Shown here: one piece after another, positions 17,208 through 38,164 of the stretch
Layout of the letters: each line of letters opens with the position of its first letter
Numbering within the stretch: position 1 is the first letter of the stretch
DNA from: the human T2T-CHM13v2.0 reference genome, Homo sapiens
DNA: 64,000 nt
Strand: one strand, 5' to 3'
Assembly: GCF_009914755.1 (NCBI RefSeq)
Contig: NC_060941.1
Notes under the pieces: generated by a model
What the model was told of the DNA's origin: nothing
Database searches by the model: none
The model's input: the letters and a program-made list of their open reading frames with translations, nothing else
Made by a program: the position numbers and the translations under genes

Positions 17208-18675
17208 TAAAGTCATCTCATGCAACAAGGGAGGAGCTTCAGTGAACTGTTATTTAAATCCTTTTGCAAGAAGAGTTTTTAAGTTGACTTTTGAATAAGG
17301 AATTAGATCCTACATGTAAATAATCTGATATGTAAGTAGTCCTAAGATTACTTAATTTGCATCAGAGATACACTGTATGAGTTTCGATGGCATTGACCCT
17401 CTCTGCCTGAAAGTACCCATCTTTTGAGTAGGAAAGAACTTCTTGGTGGCTAAGCTTTATTATTATTTTTCTAGGCCTGTTTTCATTCCAGGAAGCCATG
17501 GTACCTTTCTGAAAGACAACCAAAACAGTGAAACATGTGTGCTGCCTTCTTTAACTTTGAGCTAAAGAAGCCTCATAGATAAGGAATTGGACTTTTATGA
17601 GTAATTCTCTCTTCAGCTACCTCTCAATTGGTTCAGATCCCTTTTGAATGAGAAATATATGTTAACGCATTTTTTGAGTGAATAATGTTTTGTCGTGGAA
17701 TGTCCATCTACTTTAATAGGACCAACTGTTGTCAACAGAATTACTTTCTACATCTGTGGAAAACAACATCTAGGCTAACAAAAATCAAGGTAGCAAGTCT
17801 AACGAAATCGAGGCTAAATAATTTGAGTTCTTTATGTAAACATATTTATGGGAAAATTTTGTTGTAGATTCTTCTGTTAAAAAGAATCTAATAAATTTTT
17901 ATAATTGCTCTTGAACCGGGAAGTGCACCTCTGATTATGATCCATGCATTGGAGTCAGCTGCACATCAGGAAGTTGCTTATCTGGAGGTTTCATTGCCTG
18001 TTACTTGGAGATACGACCAGTGTGGCACCTCCTCTGTTGGTCTTCATTGCCCTGTATTACCTTCAAGCATTTTATATGACTTCATGGATTATCTTCTTAA
18101 TTATTCCTATGGCACATGTTACACCTAACCCTCTATTTTAGTGACAGCTCTTGCTCTGTCTAACCTTGTGGCAGTATAATTGTTTTTCATATAATTACTT
18201 TATTCACAGATAATAGAATTTAATGTGATATAATTAAATCCTTTGACAATTATAACAGTTTTTAAAGTGAAAATATTTTATTTAAATCTTGGGTCTGCAG
18301 TTTATTTTCTAGATATCTATGTATTAATCCAACAACGTTATTCCATTGAAACTAAAAGAGGTGTGCAGAGTGTGCCACTTTTACCATGTAATGGTTTTTT
18401 TCACAATTTCTTAATATCTGGTAATCTCTGGTTCATGCTTTTGCAAAGAAACACATTGCCTAAAATACATATTTTTAAATTATTAACTTCAGTGATTTAA
18501 GCACCGGGTAAATTCTATGCCTTTAGACACCTATGAACTAGATTCTTACTGTCTCTCTGTAAAATACATATAGAGTATTTTTGATTTTCAGCAGTTCTAT
18601 AACTGCTTGATGAGTAGATGTTATTCCCATAACATCTGTCTCATCTTGTCTTTGGTGATTCTAATGACACCATAC

Positions 18676-18999
<324 letters not shown>

Positions 19000-19645
19000 C
19001 TAAAATTTGTGGGGGTTAAATAATTGTAAGATGTTCCATTGTTGGCTGAGGAGATCATTTTGGAAATGGACACATTATAGGATTTTAACCTAAGACACAG
19101 GCTACCCAGAACAAATGGGATTTGGGGCAGTTGCTCACTTTTTCCCATATCCAGCTGATGAACAACAATGTCGATGAATCATTGATAGTATTTCTAGCCA
19201 AAGCACTGCATCAATTTATTCATTTTCCTGTATGTTCATTTTGGCTAGATAGCTAAGAATTTCTTTCTATTCTTTGTACCTTATAACCTGTGCCCTTCTT
19301 TTGATAAAGATGTAGGACCTCTAAAGAGAAAGCAGAAAGACAGCTGTCAATGTCTTGTTGGAACTTTGTTTTCCAGATTGCTGACTATTCTTGTTCCAAA
19401 ACTTGAAGGCTATACCTAATAGATAACCTTTCCTTGCTTCTGAGTCATCAAATCAAAGAGCCTAGAAAGATCTGGTTCACCCCTGAGTTTGTTTGTCCTG
19501 ATTTGTGGTTTTACTATGGAGATGGATGTTTACTAACAAAGAACTCAGATAATTGAGATCGAAAGACAAACTTATGCGTGACTCATATGCAGAGCAGACA
19601 TCTTTATCAAACTCTATTAAAGAAAACATTTTATAAAGTTATGAG

Positions 19646-19721
19646 GTGTGGTGGAAGCAGTGTTTGTGTACATGCCTGAGGAAGTGTGGTGGAAGCAGTG
19701 TTTGTGTACATGCCTGAGGAA
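19646..19721. repeat. Perfect 2 x 38-bp tandem duplication
   Basis: GTGTGGTGGAAGCAGTGTTTGTGTACATGCCTGAGGAA at 19646-19683 and 19684-19721. Confidence 0.96.
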
Positions 19722-20123
19722 GATGGTAGTGTGAGAAGGACAATGTGACAGATAAGAAAAATGACTTCTTATCCTGAGCAGCCTTGGATCATAAGGTATT
19801 AGTGTTACATCAAGCATTTCAGTAAATAGGGACAAAGTTGCAGACTTGGGGTTTTTTGTTGTTCTTGACTCAAGAGAAATACTACTTTTGTTGTACAATT
19901 GAAGTAATAAAAATAATTAATTTAGGAGATACCTTTTGAGCACCTAATTTTCTCCACTATCAAATACTGTTTACTGAAGAAAATTACACACTTAAAATCC
20001 CAAACTAGTTTGATTTGATTGATTTTATAATGATCATTTATGCCTACTTTATGTATTTGGCATTTGGTATATCACCTTAAAAAAACAAATAATACTCATT
20101 AATAGAGAAGTGTGATTAGATAG

Positions 20124-20608
<485 letters not shown>

Positions 20609-21405
20609 TGGGGGAAGAGTATTCTAAGATTATATTTCACTGTATTGACAGTTGCCATTTCAATCTGAGGCCTACTTAGGTACTATTTCTTAAAGGCTGT
20701 CAGAGGCATAGAGATGCTGATGGTAAAAATAAAGAGATTAGTGAGAGACATTGTTCAGTCTACAATGATGTGGCCACATAGCTCCATGGTCTTAGAGCTA
20801 GAACTGAGTGGAAAAAGCCATGACTTCATAATCATGGTCTTGAACTTTTGCTGAAACCTTCAAGTCATTCTCCTACCATGCCATTCACTTCTACATCAGT
20901 AAAAGAAGATTAAGAGTCCCTATGCAAAACTTTTTTTACCACCTTTTGTGGAAGGGGTGTGTTCAAATTATTTCCTTAAGTAACTCCTGAATATAAAGTT
21001 CTTCAGAAATATTAAGATATTTTTTGAATAAATGATGTGATTTTCAATTAATAGAGTTTCAGATATTCTTGATGATTATAAAGTGACAAAAACTCCAGGG
21101 CATATACCTTGGGTACTGAAAGCTTGTGTGGGATCAGTAAGAAGATTAAGGATAAGAGTGAAATTAAAAGAAGGCTCAGCCCTGACCTGTGAACAATCCC
21201 TCAGAGGGGAAAAAATATTCAAACTCAAATATTAAGATTGGCTTTTATATTAGAAATGAGTAAGTGTATACATTAAATTAATTCTAATCTTTCGACTATC
21301 TGCTGTCTATATAAAATCAAAAGTAAGTTTTAGAGATTAAGAACATAGGGAAAAGACCTTATTTGCCCATAAGGAAAATGCTCAGCTGTATCTCTCCTCT
21401 TCTGA

Positions 21406-21743
<338 letters not shown>

Positions 21744-22649
21744 TAGTATTTATAGGATGTTAGAAGACCAAAGTCAAGTTAACAATGAGGAAAATTTTAG
21801 TTCAGCACAATTAAGAAAAAATGATAGCCCCATTTGAAGATGAAGAAACAGTAAACAAAAGTAGAAGAAGCTATTGGGAAAGTGTCTTCTGATGACACAT
21901 TGCTTCTTTGAATAAATCTTTGTGTCAACTAAAACCTTGCCTATGCTTTCTATATTGCAAGCATCAGGTCCTTGACATGGCTTTAAATCTTTCCTAAGCA
22001 TTTTGAGAGGGAATTGATGCAATACTTCTCACTGTTGATATAGTAGGGTTCCACATATTTACATGGGACTTTTTGACCAAAGACCCAACTTTTCACTTTT
22101 GTACATTTACTGTGCCTCTCATACAGGGCTGGACTGTTTATGTAGTCTGTTGCATCACACTATGGTGGCAGGGGGACAGAGTTGGGGGCACTATTAGAAT
22201 TTGTTTAAGTCTGAACCGGGAATTCCATTTGTCTTAGTGACATGAGTGTCAAAACTGTTAGTGCAACACTATTTTAAACTGTCTGCAAGAGCCTGAGAGG
22301 CTTATGCTTATAGGTGCCATCTATAAACTTAGAAACAAACAAAGAGCCCCTCTCCATTGAATAGTAAGCCCAGTGGGCAATTAAAGAACAGCTTGGGACC
22401 CCACTTGGTCAACTAGTCAGAACCAGAGCTTCTGATATTCCCTCTGGATATTGTTGAGAACTGTCACAGAAAGGCTAAAGTAAATAATCAAAATGAAAAT
22501 AGTTGTTCCAGAGAAAAGTCTTGTTCTGGAAGCTTGGTGTTAAGGAAAGAATAATGACCACTAATTTGTGGATCTTTGTTAGTTCTAGTCTCAGCGGAGT
22601 CCCTTTCAGCTTGAAACATGGATGAACCTGTGTTTTCAAGCACCTCTGA

Positions 22650-24690
<2,041 letters not shown>

Positions 24691-24701
24691 TACGAACATA
24701 C

Positions 24702-26605
<1,904 letters not shown>

Positions 26606-26615
26606 GTATGCATAT

Positions 26616-26622
<7 letters not shown>

Positions 26623-26650
<28 letters not shown>
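26623..26650. repeat. (CA)n microsatellite
   Basis: Pure CA run. Confidence 0.95.
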
Positions 26651-26651
<1 letters not shown>

Positions 26652-26654
26652 TAA

Positions 26655-28244
<1,590 letters not shown>

Positions 28245-29620
28245 CTCTTTATTTCTTAGGTTTATATTTAAGTGATGGTTTGGACTTTTGATAAAAAGAG
28301 AAATTGGAAAAGTAGCAGGGTGATTTTTAAGTTTCCTTGGCAGTGTGAGATCCCCATGTCTGAATAATCAAGAGGCTCTATGAGGAATCTTCAGGATATT
28401 TTTCAATAGACAGAAGTAAAAGAGATGGGAAACCAGTATTAATTTATAAACAGTTAGGTGCCCAACACTGTGCTAGGTCTTGCCACATGTCTCATCTCAT
28501 TTAATCTTCTTTAATTAGGATCAAGGTCCATTTTAGCAATAGTCAAAGAACAGGACTTAGGACACCTAGCTCCTGATACTTAAAATTACTTAAAGTGCAT
28601 TATGGTGACACCTCAGATAAGTCTAAACCTCTTTCTACCCTGCCTAATCAAATATTCATTTCAAAACACTGTATGCTGAAATGAGCCACGTGGGAGTTGA
28701 AGAGAATCAACTATTCAGGTGGTGAAAATGTGTGAATGCAGCTGGCAGATGAAGTTCCAGTGTGATGAATTCCCAGCTTGTCCTTATTGCTTTAGGCAAC
28801 AACTGACAGGCCTGACTGGTCATTGGCTTTCCATTCCTGGCATTGATATGACTGAAAATTCTTAATGTCACAGATCCTTAAAAGCTGTCTCTGTTATCAT
28901 GGATATAAATGGTGCTGGAGGGTCCTTCTTGCATAGAGAGGTAATCAATATGGTCTAGAGTTCTTGACCTGAACCTGTAATTACTTGGACATTTTGAAGG
29001 TAGCTTGTTGTTACAGAATATTCATATATTCAGAACATTGGGACTGAGTTGTGCATGGAGAGGAGAAAAATAGAGTCTTTGTCCCCCTTTCTGTTCTTAG
29101 TATTTAAGAGGCCTTCATAATCACAGAAGAGAGTGATATTATAGGATTAGAACATTGTATTTTTGGTTTTGGGTGCTGAAGTTCTAATCTTACCTCTGAA
29201 GTGATCCTGATATTTTGCCAAAGTTGTGACTTTAATATTCTGTGGCTTGTAATTGTGATTTTTCTAATACCAGAGTAGAATTCTGGGGAGGAATTTTTCT
29301 AAACCCAAATACCTCAATTTGAAGTGAGGCTTGGCTTTAAATAATAACACATTTGAGTTTGAGCTTTTCCTGCAATTAAGTGGTATGCTGCAAAAAGGAA
29401 TTCGGTTAGCAGATTTTATGGCATCCATGATCCATGGACAAGAGTGAGTAGAAGGAGATGATACTGATAGCAATTCTTAAGTCTCTAAATGTTTTTACGT
29501 TGTTGTGATCAGGATTTCTTTGCCAAATGAAAACGGTAAAAGTGGAAGCATGAAACACCTTAACAGTAGGTGTGGATCCTGATTGTTCTGTTACTGCTTG
29601 GCTTAAGATACCCCTGGATG

Positions 29621-29913
29621 GGCTGGGTGTGGTGGCTCACACCTGTAATACCAGCACTTTGGGAGGCCGAGGCAGGTGATCACCAGGTCAGGAGATCGAG
29701 ATCATCCTGGCTAACACGGTGAAACCCCATCTCTACTAAAAATACGAAAAATTAGCCGGGCATGGTGGCGCACACCTGTAGTCCCAGCTACTCAGGAGGC
29801 TGAGGCAGGAGAATGTCATGAACCTGGGAGGCGGAGCTCACAGTGAGCTGAGATCGCACCATTGCACTCCAGCCTGGGTGACAGAGTGAGACTCTGTCTC
29901 AAAAAAAATAAAA
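29621..29913 (+). mobile_element. AluY/Sc-like
   Basis: TSD AAGATAC(C/T)CCTGGATG. Confidence 0.92.
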
Positions 29914-30089
29914 GATACTCCTGGATGGCATTATTATTGGATTACCTTATATGTAGCATGCTTAGAACAGAGGGGGAAAAATGATGGCTTATAATAAAGG
30001 ACTGTTTGAGAACAAGGGCTGTCTTTGTATCTCCCTTTGCCTGGTATTGGTACCTTCCACAGAGCAGATAATCAATATTTCTTGATATC

Positions 30090-30135
30090 TGATTAATAAT
30101 GATAGTCAGTGATGATTAATAATGATAGTCAGTGA
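30090..30135. repeat. Perfect 2 x 23-bp tandem duplication
   Basis: TGATTAATAATGATAGTCAGTGA twice. Confidence 0.95.
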
Positions 30136-31329
30136 TAATCAACAATGATAACCATTGTTGATTTCTTATAAAACATAAGGCTTTAAATATCATAACATGA
30201 TTACAAGTTGGTAATGCTGAGTCTTTATCTTCGTTACCTGACTTAAACCTGGTCCTCAGTTAGGTTTGCCCTTATGTTATGATCACTATTCCTTTGTATG
30301 GGCCTATGGTCAATTGTGTAATCAAGTGAAATATTTTACAAAGCATTTCAAATTATCTTTTATGTTATGCTTTTAAAGCAGCATTATGTTTAAACAGAAT
30401 ATTTCTTTGATACAAGCTTTCGTTCTATTAGGCTTAGCATGGAAATTTTTGTTTTAAGGTTATCTTTATAAAGCATTAACTCTAGCGAAGTCTTGCTTTC
30501 TGGAATCTATGGTCAGGACTGGTAAACATCTGTTGAAAAGAATGGACAGGCTTTTGCTTTCTGCTCTTACTAGGCTAACTTTCAGACATAATTTTAGGGA
30601 TATTTTGGGCTGCCTTTGAAGCTAGCCCATTTTGGGCATAGGACATTGGCATATGGAGAACTGACCCTAAGTTCCATTAAGCCAAAACATTTTGTTGAAG
30701 AATTTCCAAAATTTTAGTGGTGTCATTACAGTTTAGTTACTTGTACTTATGCTCTAGACAGCTACAAGAAACATGGTAGAATTGACTTCTGTTGTATGAA
30801 GTGGCGTCTTGAGTCTTAAACCTATTTTACTTTGGTGTTCTACAATATTTGGAAAGGCAACAGTTATTATATAAATGTTCAATGTTAAGACTGTAGAGAA
30901 CACTAAGTTACACTTGACACTTAGTTGAACTCCCCAGTCAGTTATCCCTTCTTTAGATGAGTTTATGTAGTTCTCAAATGAATGCTTGTAAGACTGGGAA
31001 CAGAACCCATTTACTCTTCTGTTTCTCTCTACCTAAAGAGGAAATAGCGAACCCTATGATCTTCTATTTGGGCTACCTTTTCCTTTTCCTATGTTAGAAA
31101 TTCATAGCCATGAGTCAGTACCTCAAATTAGAGTTTTTATAGCCATGAGAGGGACCCAGTTCCTGAATCAGACGGCTTAAGCCAGAGAGAACTTACTATG
31201 GTGCCTGACACTTTTCATTTCTCTTGAAACATGTTCTTAATCTTTCTCTTTATTCCAACTCACCCCCTTGATTAAATTAATTACTTTCTCATGTGTTCTT
31301 AAACTTTTACTGTTATGTGTACCATCTGA

Positions 31330-33835
31330 TATTAAAATTAGTTGGGTATTGTTTTTCATTCTAGACTATGAGCTCATCTTTGTACTCCCCGTAGCTCCCT
31401 GAATGGTTTTGACACATAATAGGCACTCAGCAAATGTTAATGAATTCAATATTTCATCATGGAACATTGAAACCAAGTTCTTGCATTTGCCTGGAACAGT
31501 AATTACCTCCTCAAAGAGAAACTGTGTGGCTAGGGAGCAGAAGTGACAAGGAGACCATCTTTCCACTAGAGTCCTTTACAACACGGCCCTGCATTATCCA
31601 TGCAAACATAAATTAAACTCTGTTTTTAACAACATACTTTTTAGATTTTTTGTTTTCAACAGTTGAAGATGCTGAGGTTAAGAGATTTAAATAACTTGTC
31701 TACTGTCACAGAGCTAGTAGATGGTAGAGCAAAGGTGTGAATCTGTGAAACCTTCATTTTTTCCCGGACCTTGAACAGCATCTCAGCCAACCTTGATTTC
31801 ATTCATATAATCATCAGGGCATGTATGTGACCTAAGAACTATTTATATTTATTCTTTTTATCATATACTGTTGTATCATAGAGGACACAAAATACATCAC
31901 CTCCACTCTGGAATGGCACCTCTATTTTAAAAGACCATTGGCAAAACCTCTCCGATGAGATTTTGATGATGGAAGAATGTTATATTCAAGACTCACCTAA
32001 CTATACCTGCATCTCACAGATACTTATCCTTTAAGCAGTAAACAGTTATTTTCAGCTAGGAAAGCCACTCTCAATCAGGTAGTGGTTTCTTAAGCTGAAA
32101 AAGGCTTTCCACTTAAGAATCGTGATAGGCCAAGGTCATTACCTTTCCGTCTACTTATGGGAAAATTCAAACTAAAGGAATACCAGTGTTTGAAACTCAC
32201 AATTCACTCTATAGTGGGGAGTGGGGGAGTGCAAGGCAAGCAAAGTGATTATATTTCCCTTAGAAATATTGTTAACTATTTTTTCAAAATATGGATTAAA
32301 GCTTAAAACATACCCAAAATACACTGATTCTAAATGGACCTGACACCTTGATCTTCAATCATGGAATAACATATGAGTGAGGATTCCCAATGGACCATTG
32401 TACACTACAATATTTATTACTATAAAGATCTAAGAGCTCTTAGCCACTTTCAAACTTTTAAGAGTTGTTCAGCTCTCATCCTCTTGACTTGTGTTTTCAC
32501 ATTTTAAAATTCTGGTTTGTTTTGTGTGATGTATTCAGAATTACCTCCCTACCTTGATTTCAGAATAATATTTGGCTTTTTAATAAATTTAAGGAAGTGC
32601 AGATATGAAAGTATACCCATTAATGCATGGGGACTGCAGTACCTTTAACTGGCCCATTTTTGGCCTCTGTTTATCCATCTGCAAAACGGTGACTAGGTTT
32701 TGCCTTCTAGTTAGTTGATATGATAAAAATACTAATAAATTGAAAGGCTGTGGGATGATACCTTTATCAGTTCCTTCTATGGATGGTGTAATTTTCACTG
32801 TAGTTTACTTTAGCATATATGGTCTCAAGAATAAAAATAAGGAATTACTAAGGAACCTCCTGAATGCAATACTATTAACATTCACAAAAATAGCTATATG
32901 CAAATTAGTAGATGTCCTTAGCTGAGACAAAATTATTTTGAGGTTGTGATCATGAAAATTAACGTAAGCTGATATAATTTTGAATTGTATGCATCTGTTT
33001 TCATGAAAGAAACCTATTTGGAGAGGTTTATTCTTGAAAAATTATGGAATTAAAAGTTAAATAGGATTCTTAACATCTGTTTTTAAATCTTGAATTATAT
33101 GCAGCTCATAGAGTTTCTCTCCTGTATGCATATTAAATGATATATAATGAACTATCAGTGGTTTTAGGTAACATTTGGTTACTGAATACACTATGCTAAG
33201 CATTTCACGTGCATTATCACCTGTATTCACAAAATATTATGAGGTAAAAGCACTGTTACAATTTCCATTTTTTTCAGAAGAAGGTGTGATTTAGAGAAAT
33301 TAAGTACTGTATACTACCTCCCAACTTTGGCAGTGTCATCTGAATTTTTTTGTCATGAACATGTTTTACATAGCTTGTTGTTAAAGTCCATTTTTGATAA
33401 ATTTTTTGAATAGACGTGTGTAATGCAAGTGCATGAGCTTTGTGGTTAGGTGTAGATTTCATTCCCATTTCTGTAGCTGACTGGGTACATGACCTTGAGT
33501 TTCTTTGTCCATAAGAAGAGTATAGGAACATCTGTCTCTGATGTTGTAAAAATTAATAGATAATAAAAATCTTCTGGCCATAGTTCAGGTACATAACAAG
33601 GACTCATTAAATGTCAGTTGTCACCACCTTACCTTCTTTCCGTAAAATATTTCCTTTCTGTCTGTCCCAAAGTTTTAGTTTTGCTCTTCACGTGTATCAT
33701 AATGTATTATGAGCATCCTAAGAAGATAGGTTATACTATTGTCCCCATTTTACAGTTGAGAAAACAGACTGAAATGTTGTAGATTCCTGGTTGAATCCCT
33801 ATAGCAGTCTGATTCCAGAGCCTGTGTTTTTAGCT
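31330..33835. mobile_element. Scattered L2 3' end (about 31330-31450) and MIR fragments (about 31650-31760, 32640-32780, 33180-33330, 33430-33620, 33700-33835)
   Basis: CACATAATAGGCACTCAGCAAATGTTAATGAAT (L2); CCCCATTTTACAGTTGAGAAAACAGAC and GGCCTCTGTTTATCCATCTGCAAAACGG (MIR core). Confidence 0.65.
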
Positions 33836-36202
33836 ATAATGTGCTTTGGTATGAAGATATATTCCAATAACAGATTATATTCTGATATTTCAGACAAGAA
33901 TCTAAATCCCAGAAATTATTCTCTTGTACCCGCATCCCTACCATTCAGTTCTTCCCTTCTTAGATTATGCTGGTATAACAGTGTATCTCCTTATTACTCT
34001 TGTAATAAATTTGTATATTAAATGCTCAAACACCCTTCTGATTCTAAAATCTGTGATCCTCTGTCATTTGGATACATTTGCAGTAGTCTGAGGCAGCTCT
34101 GAGAATCGTTTAAGGGAAAAGTATTCATCACTGTGGCTTTAGTAAGGAATATGTTGACATTTTTACTCTAACTCCAGGAACTCCTACTGACCTGAAATTA
34201 ACCAGTTCATGGAGGTTTTTGGTGGGGACTAAGGAATGAAATTAACTCCCTAAGTCTCCTCTTCTTAAAAAAGAACCTCAAAATACTGCTGCCCAAATGG
34301 ATTTAACTTTAGTTATATTTGTTTTTACATGCAAATACATTTTACTCAGCCTAAAAAGGCAAAGAAATGAAGCTATTTGGTTTGCAGAGGAACAGATCAC
34401 TCTCCTGAGCATGTCAGACTGTTTATGTGTGTTTTTCACTCCATCTTACTCTGTCTTTGTCTTTCATGTTCTTTTTTCTGTCTCTGTTTCAGTTTGTCCT
34501 GTTTCTATTGCTCCCTCACAGCAACTATCTTCCTATTTTGATAATCCTGTTTCATCTCTATAAGGAAAAGGCTCTCTCAAGGATGCAGAAAATGTTACTA
34601 TTTTTATAACAGTCCCTAAATACACAAAAGATTTTAACTTGGCTATAAAACTTTGTTCTTGGCATAAATTTGGCAGATAGTCTTTCGCCTGGGTGAGACT
34701 TTTCATTGGGATCCTGGAAGTGTTGGGATGTCACTATTCTCCACTCTTGCTTCTCCAAGTATGACATTAGTGGTTTTAGCTCTTGTTGACCCATCTTTAA
34801 ACCAAAGCTTTATAGCCTATTAGAAGCACAGTGTGGATTTTTCTTATGATACGTTGGAATAAAAGAAAAAACTTTTCTGAAGTTACAAATGGTTTCATTT
34901 ACCAAAATGACTATTTCACTTGGAAAGTTTTGTCTTTTCTGTAAAAGTTCCAGGAGTTGGGTGGGCTTGATGTCCTCTCTCCCATTCCACCTCCCCACCC
35001 ACAGACTCATGTCAGCAAAGATGCTGAGAGTTTTATTCCAGTCTTTTAGGAGGCGAGACCTTGACCAAGGAGTAGCTAAGACATATTTTTCTGCTTTTAT
35101 TTTTTAAAAACTTTTTAAAAAAAGTTTTTCATATAACTTTTTCATCTTGTATAACTGAATAAAGAAAATTTTTTATTGAAATTAAAGTAAGGAAATACCA
35201 CAGGATGGCTTTAAAGTGTTTGTTTCACTGTGGCACATAGGGCAAATGCCTTGGAACATCAGTAATTACTATTTGAGGCAACCTTTGGGGATTGAGATAT
35301 ATGCCTTTCAGATCTGCACTTCATCTCATACTTCATCATTTATTGGATCAAATAGCAGTCTCATTTACTTAGGATCCGTGTCAGCGCCTTGAGCTCCAAA
35401 TCGGGTATTACATGTCACCCTGTGAAAGATCCTCTGCGTTACCCCATCAATTCTGCTTCATTAAAGGACTTTAGATGATCATCTTAAAGCTTTAAAGAAA
35501 TGAAAAATATTTGCCCTCTCCATAAAAAAAATGCTTACAACTTTATCTTACATTTTACTCAGCAGAGTAACTTTGCCCAGCCCTGGAGCAGAACATTCTT
35601 AAAAGTAAGCCCAGTAAACCTAAGCGTTGGATGGTTCTGCAAGTAACCACTGCAAAAAAGATTTCCTGGTAGAAGTAAGTAGTGTCTTTTGCTAGTGTAC
35701 CAGGTTGTTTAATAAAACTAGGAATAGCTGAGAGTAGGAAAACTCATGAGGCTTTTTCTCATCACAAGCTGTGTAATACATACTTCAGGTAACCTCCGTG
35801 GGTTTCCTCACTGCTGTTGGCTCAGCTGTGGCTTTTTATGGAACCATAGCTGCATTTCCATCTCTTTCATCCCTCCCTTTTTATGAGAATAAAAAGTGAA
35901 TTGGGTGCTATTTAAATATTCTCTACTTACATTTATTGAAAACTACCCTGCCGCAGGGCACAGCACATTGGAAAACTGCCTTGCACCAGCCCAGTTTTCC
36001 ACTCAGGTGGTTTACCCCAAAACCTGGCCTTTGCTTTCCTCAGACCTTTAATTTCTTTAAACTAAATGATCACAGAAAAACCTAGGAGGAGCTAGTTCCA
36101 TTTGTGAGGTTTTCAATAAAACTTAAGTGGAATGTGGCTAGAAAAGCAGACCCATGAAAGGCCATGACTACTATGCTGACACTAGAGGAAAAACCCACAG
36201 AA

Positions 36203-36534
<332 letters not shown>

Positions 36535-36704
36535 TAAGTGTTGGGAGAAAATGGAAAAAAAAAAAGTTAGAGCTTTAGTACTGGTACACTTTGGGACAGA
36601 AAGGCAGCTAGGGATGTTTGGTTAAATTCATTTGTCACATATTGGTGTTTTATTTAAAATATTGTCCAGAAATAAACAATTCATACATGTTCAATTTTGT
36701 GCCT

Positions 36705-37448
36705 TTCTGAGTAGCCTGGTGAAATCTTACAGCATCCCTCCCAGACCGTGAATCATCCCTTTGTCTGGCATCTCCAGGCTGTCTATGCTACCTATCCTTT
36801 GGTCACTTGGCAGCCGTCTTGGTTGCAGTATTACAGTGCTTGTATTCAGGTAACCTTTATTTTACTTAATGGCCCCAAAGCACAAGGGTTGATGCTGGCA
36901 TATTGTTATAATTGTTCTATTTTATTACCAGTTATTGTTGTTAATCTTTGTGCCTAACTTATAAATTAAACTGTATCATAGGTCTGTACATATAGGAAAA
37001 AACATGGTATATACAGTCATGTATGGCATAGTGACCTTTCAGTCAACAGTGGACCTTATATGCTCGTGCAACAGTGTTCCAGTAAAATTATAATACCAGA
37101 TTTTTACTGTACCTTTTCTATGTTTAGATACACAAATACTGACCATTGTGTTACAGTTGCCTACAGTATTCGGTACAGTAACATACTGCACAGATTTTTT
37201 GTCTGGGAGTAATAAAAGAGGTTATAGCATATAGCTTAGGTGTGTTGTAGGCTATTCTATCTAGGTTTGTACAAGCATACTCTATGATGTTTGCACAGTG
37301 ATGAAATCACCTAATAACACACTTTCTCAGAACACATCTTTGTTGTTAAGCAATGCGTGGGTGTATAGTGTTGGTACTGTCCATGGTTTCAGGCATCCAC
37401 TGGGGGTCTTGGAACGTATCCCCATAGATAAGGAGCGGGGGACAGTTG
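36705..37448. mobile_element. MER44-like Tigger element with a nested complete Tigger3-family MITE (37014-37363)
   Basis: MER44 end TTTCAGGCATCCACTGGGGGTCTTGGAACGTATCCCC; nested element TA|CAGTCATG...GCGTGGGTG|TA with TA target duplication. Confidence 0.78.
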
Positions 37449-37860
37449 TAGAATAAATTATATTTTGAAACTTGCTTCATTTATTGTTAGCAGATTTCCT
37501 TCAAGTCATTAAATATTTTTGAAGACATAGATATTTTAATGGTGGCTGGATCATTTATTTGTCTGATTTTCTATCATTAAACTTTGAGATCGTTTAGAAT
37601 TTTTTACCATACTAATTTAGAATAAATAAATTCCTATATATAAATCTTTGTTGTTATCTGTGATTATTTGTTTAGGATAAATTCCCAGAAGTGGAAATTC
37701 TGGGTCCAGAATACGTATATTTTTAAGTCACTTTATGTTTACATATTGCCAGGTTGCCCTAAGTAAAGTTCTATCAATTTGTGCTTCATTCATTCATTCA
37801 GCTAAGGTTGATGTTCCTCATTTCCTTCCTTTAGTCTTGCTTTGCTAACACTAGGCTTAC

Positions 37861-38163
37861 TTTTTTTTTTTTTTTTTTTTTTTGAGACGGAGTCTCGCTC
37901 TGTCGCCCAGGCTGGAGTGAAGTGGTGTGATCTCGGCTCACTACAACCTCTGCCTCCCGGGTTCAAGTGATTCTTCTGCCTCAGCCTCCTGAGTAGCTGG
38001 GATTACAGGTGTGCACCACCACACCCGGCTAATTTTTGTATTTTTAGTAGAGATGGGGTTTCACCATCTTGGCCAGGCTGGTCTTGAACTCCTGACCTCA
38101 TGATCCACCTGCCTCGGCCTCCCAAAGTGCTGGGATTACAGGCGTGAGCCACTGTGCCTGGCC
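37861..38163 (-). mobile_element. AluS-like
   Basis: Antisense dimer, T23 tail. Confidence 0.93.
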
Positions 38164-38164
38164 A

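Noticed and set aside
19646-19721. Direct repeat as a CRISPR-like array
   Set aside because: Only two abutting copies with no spacer, in primate intronic DNA
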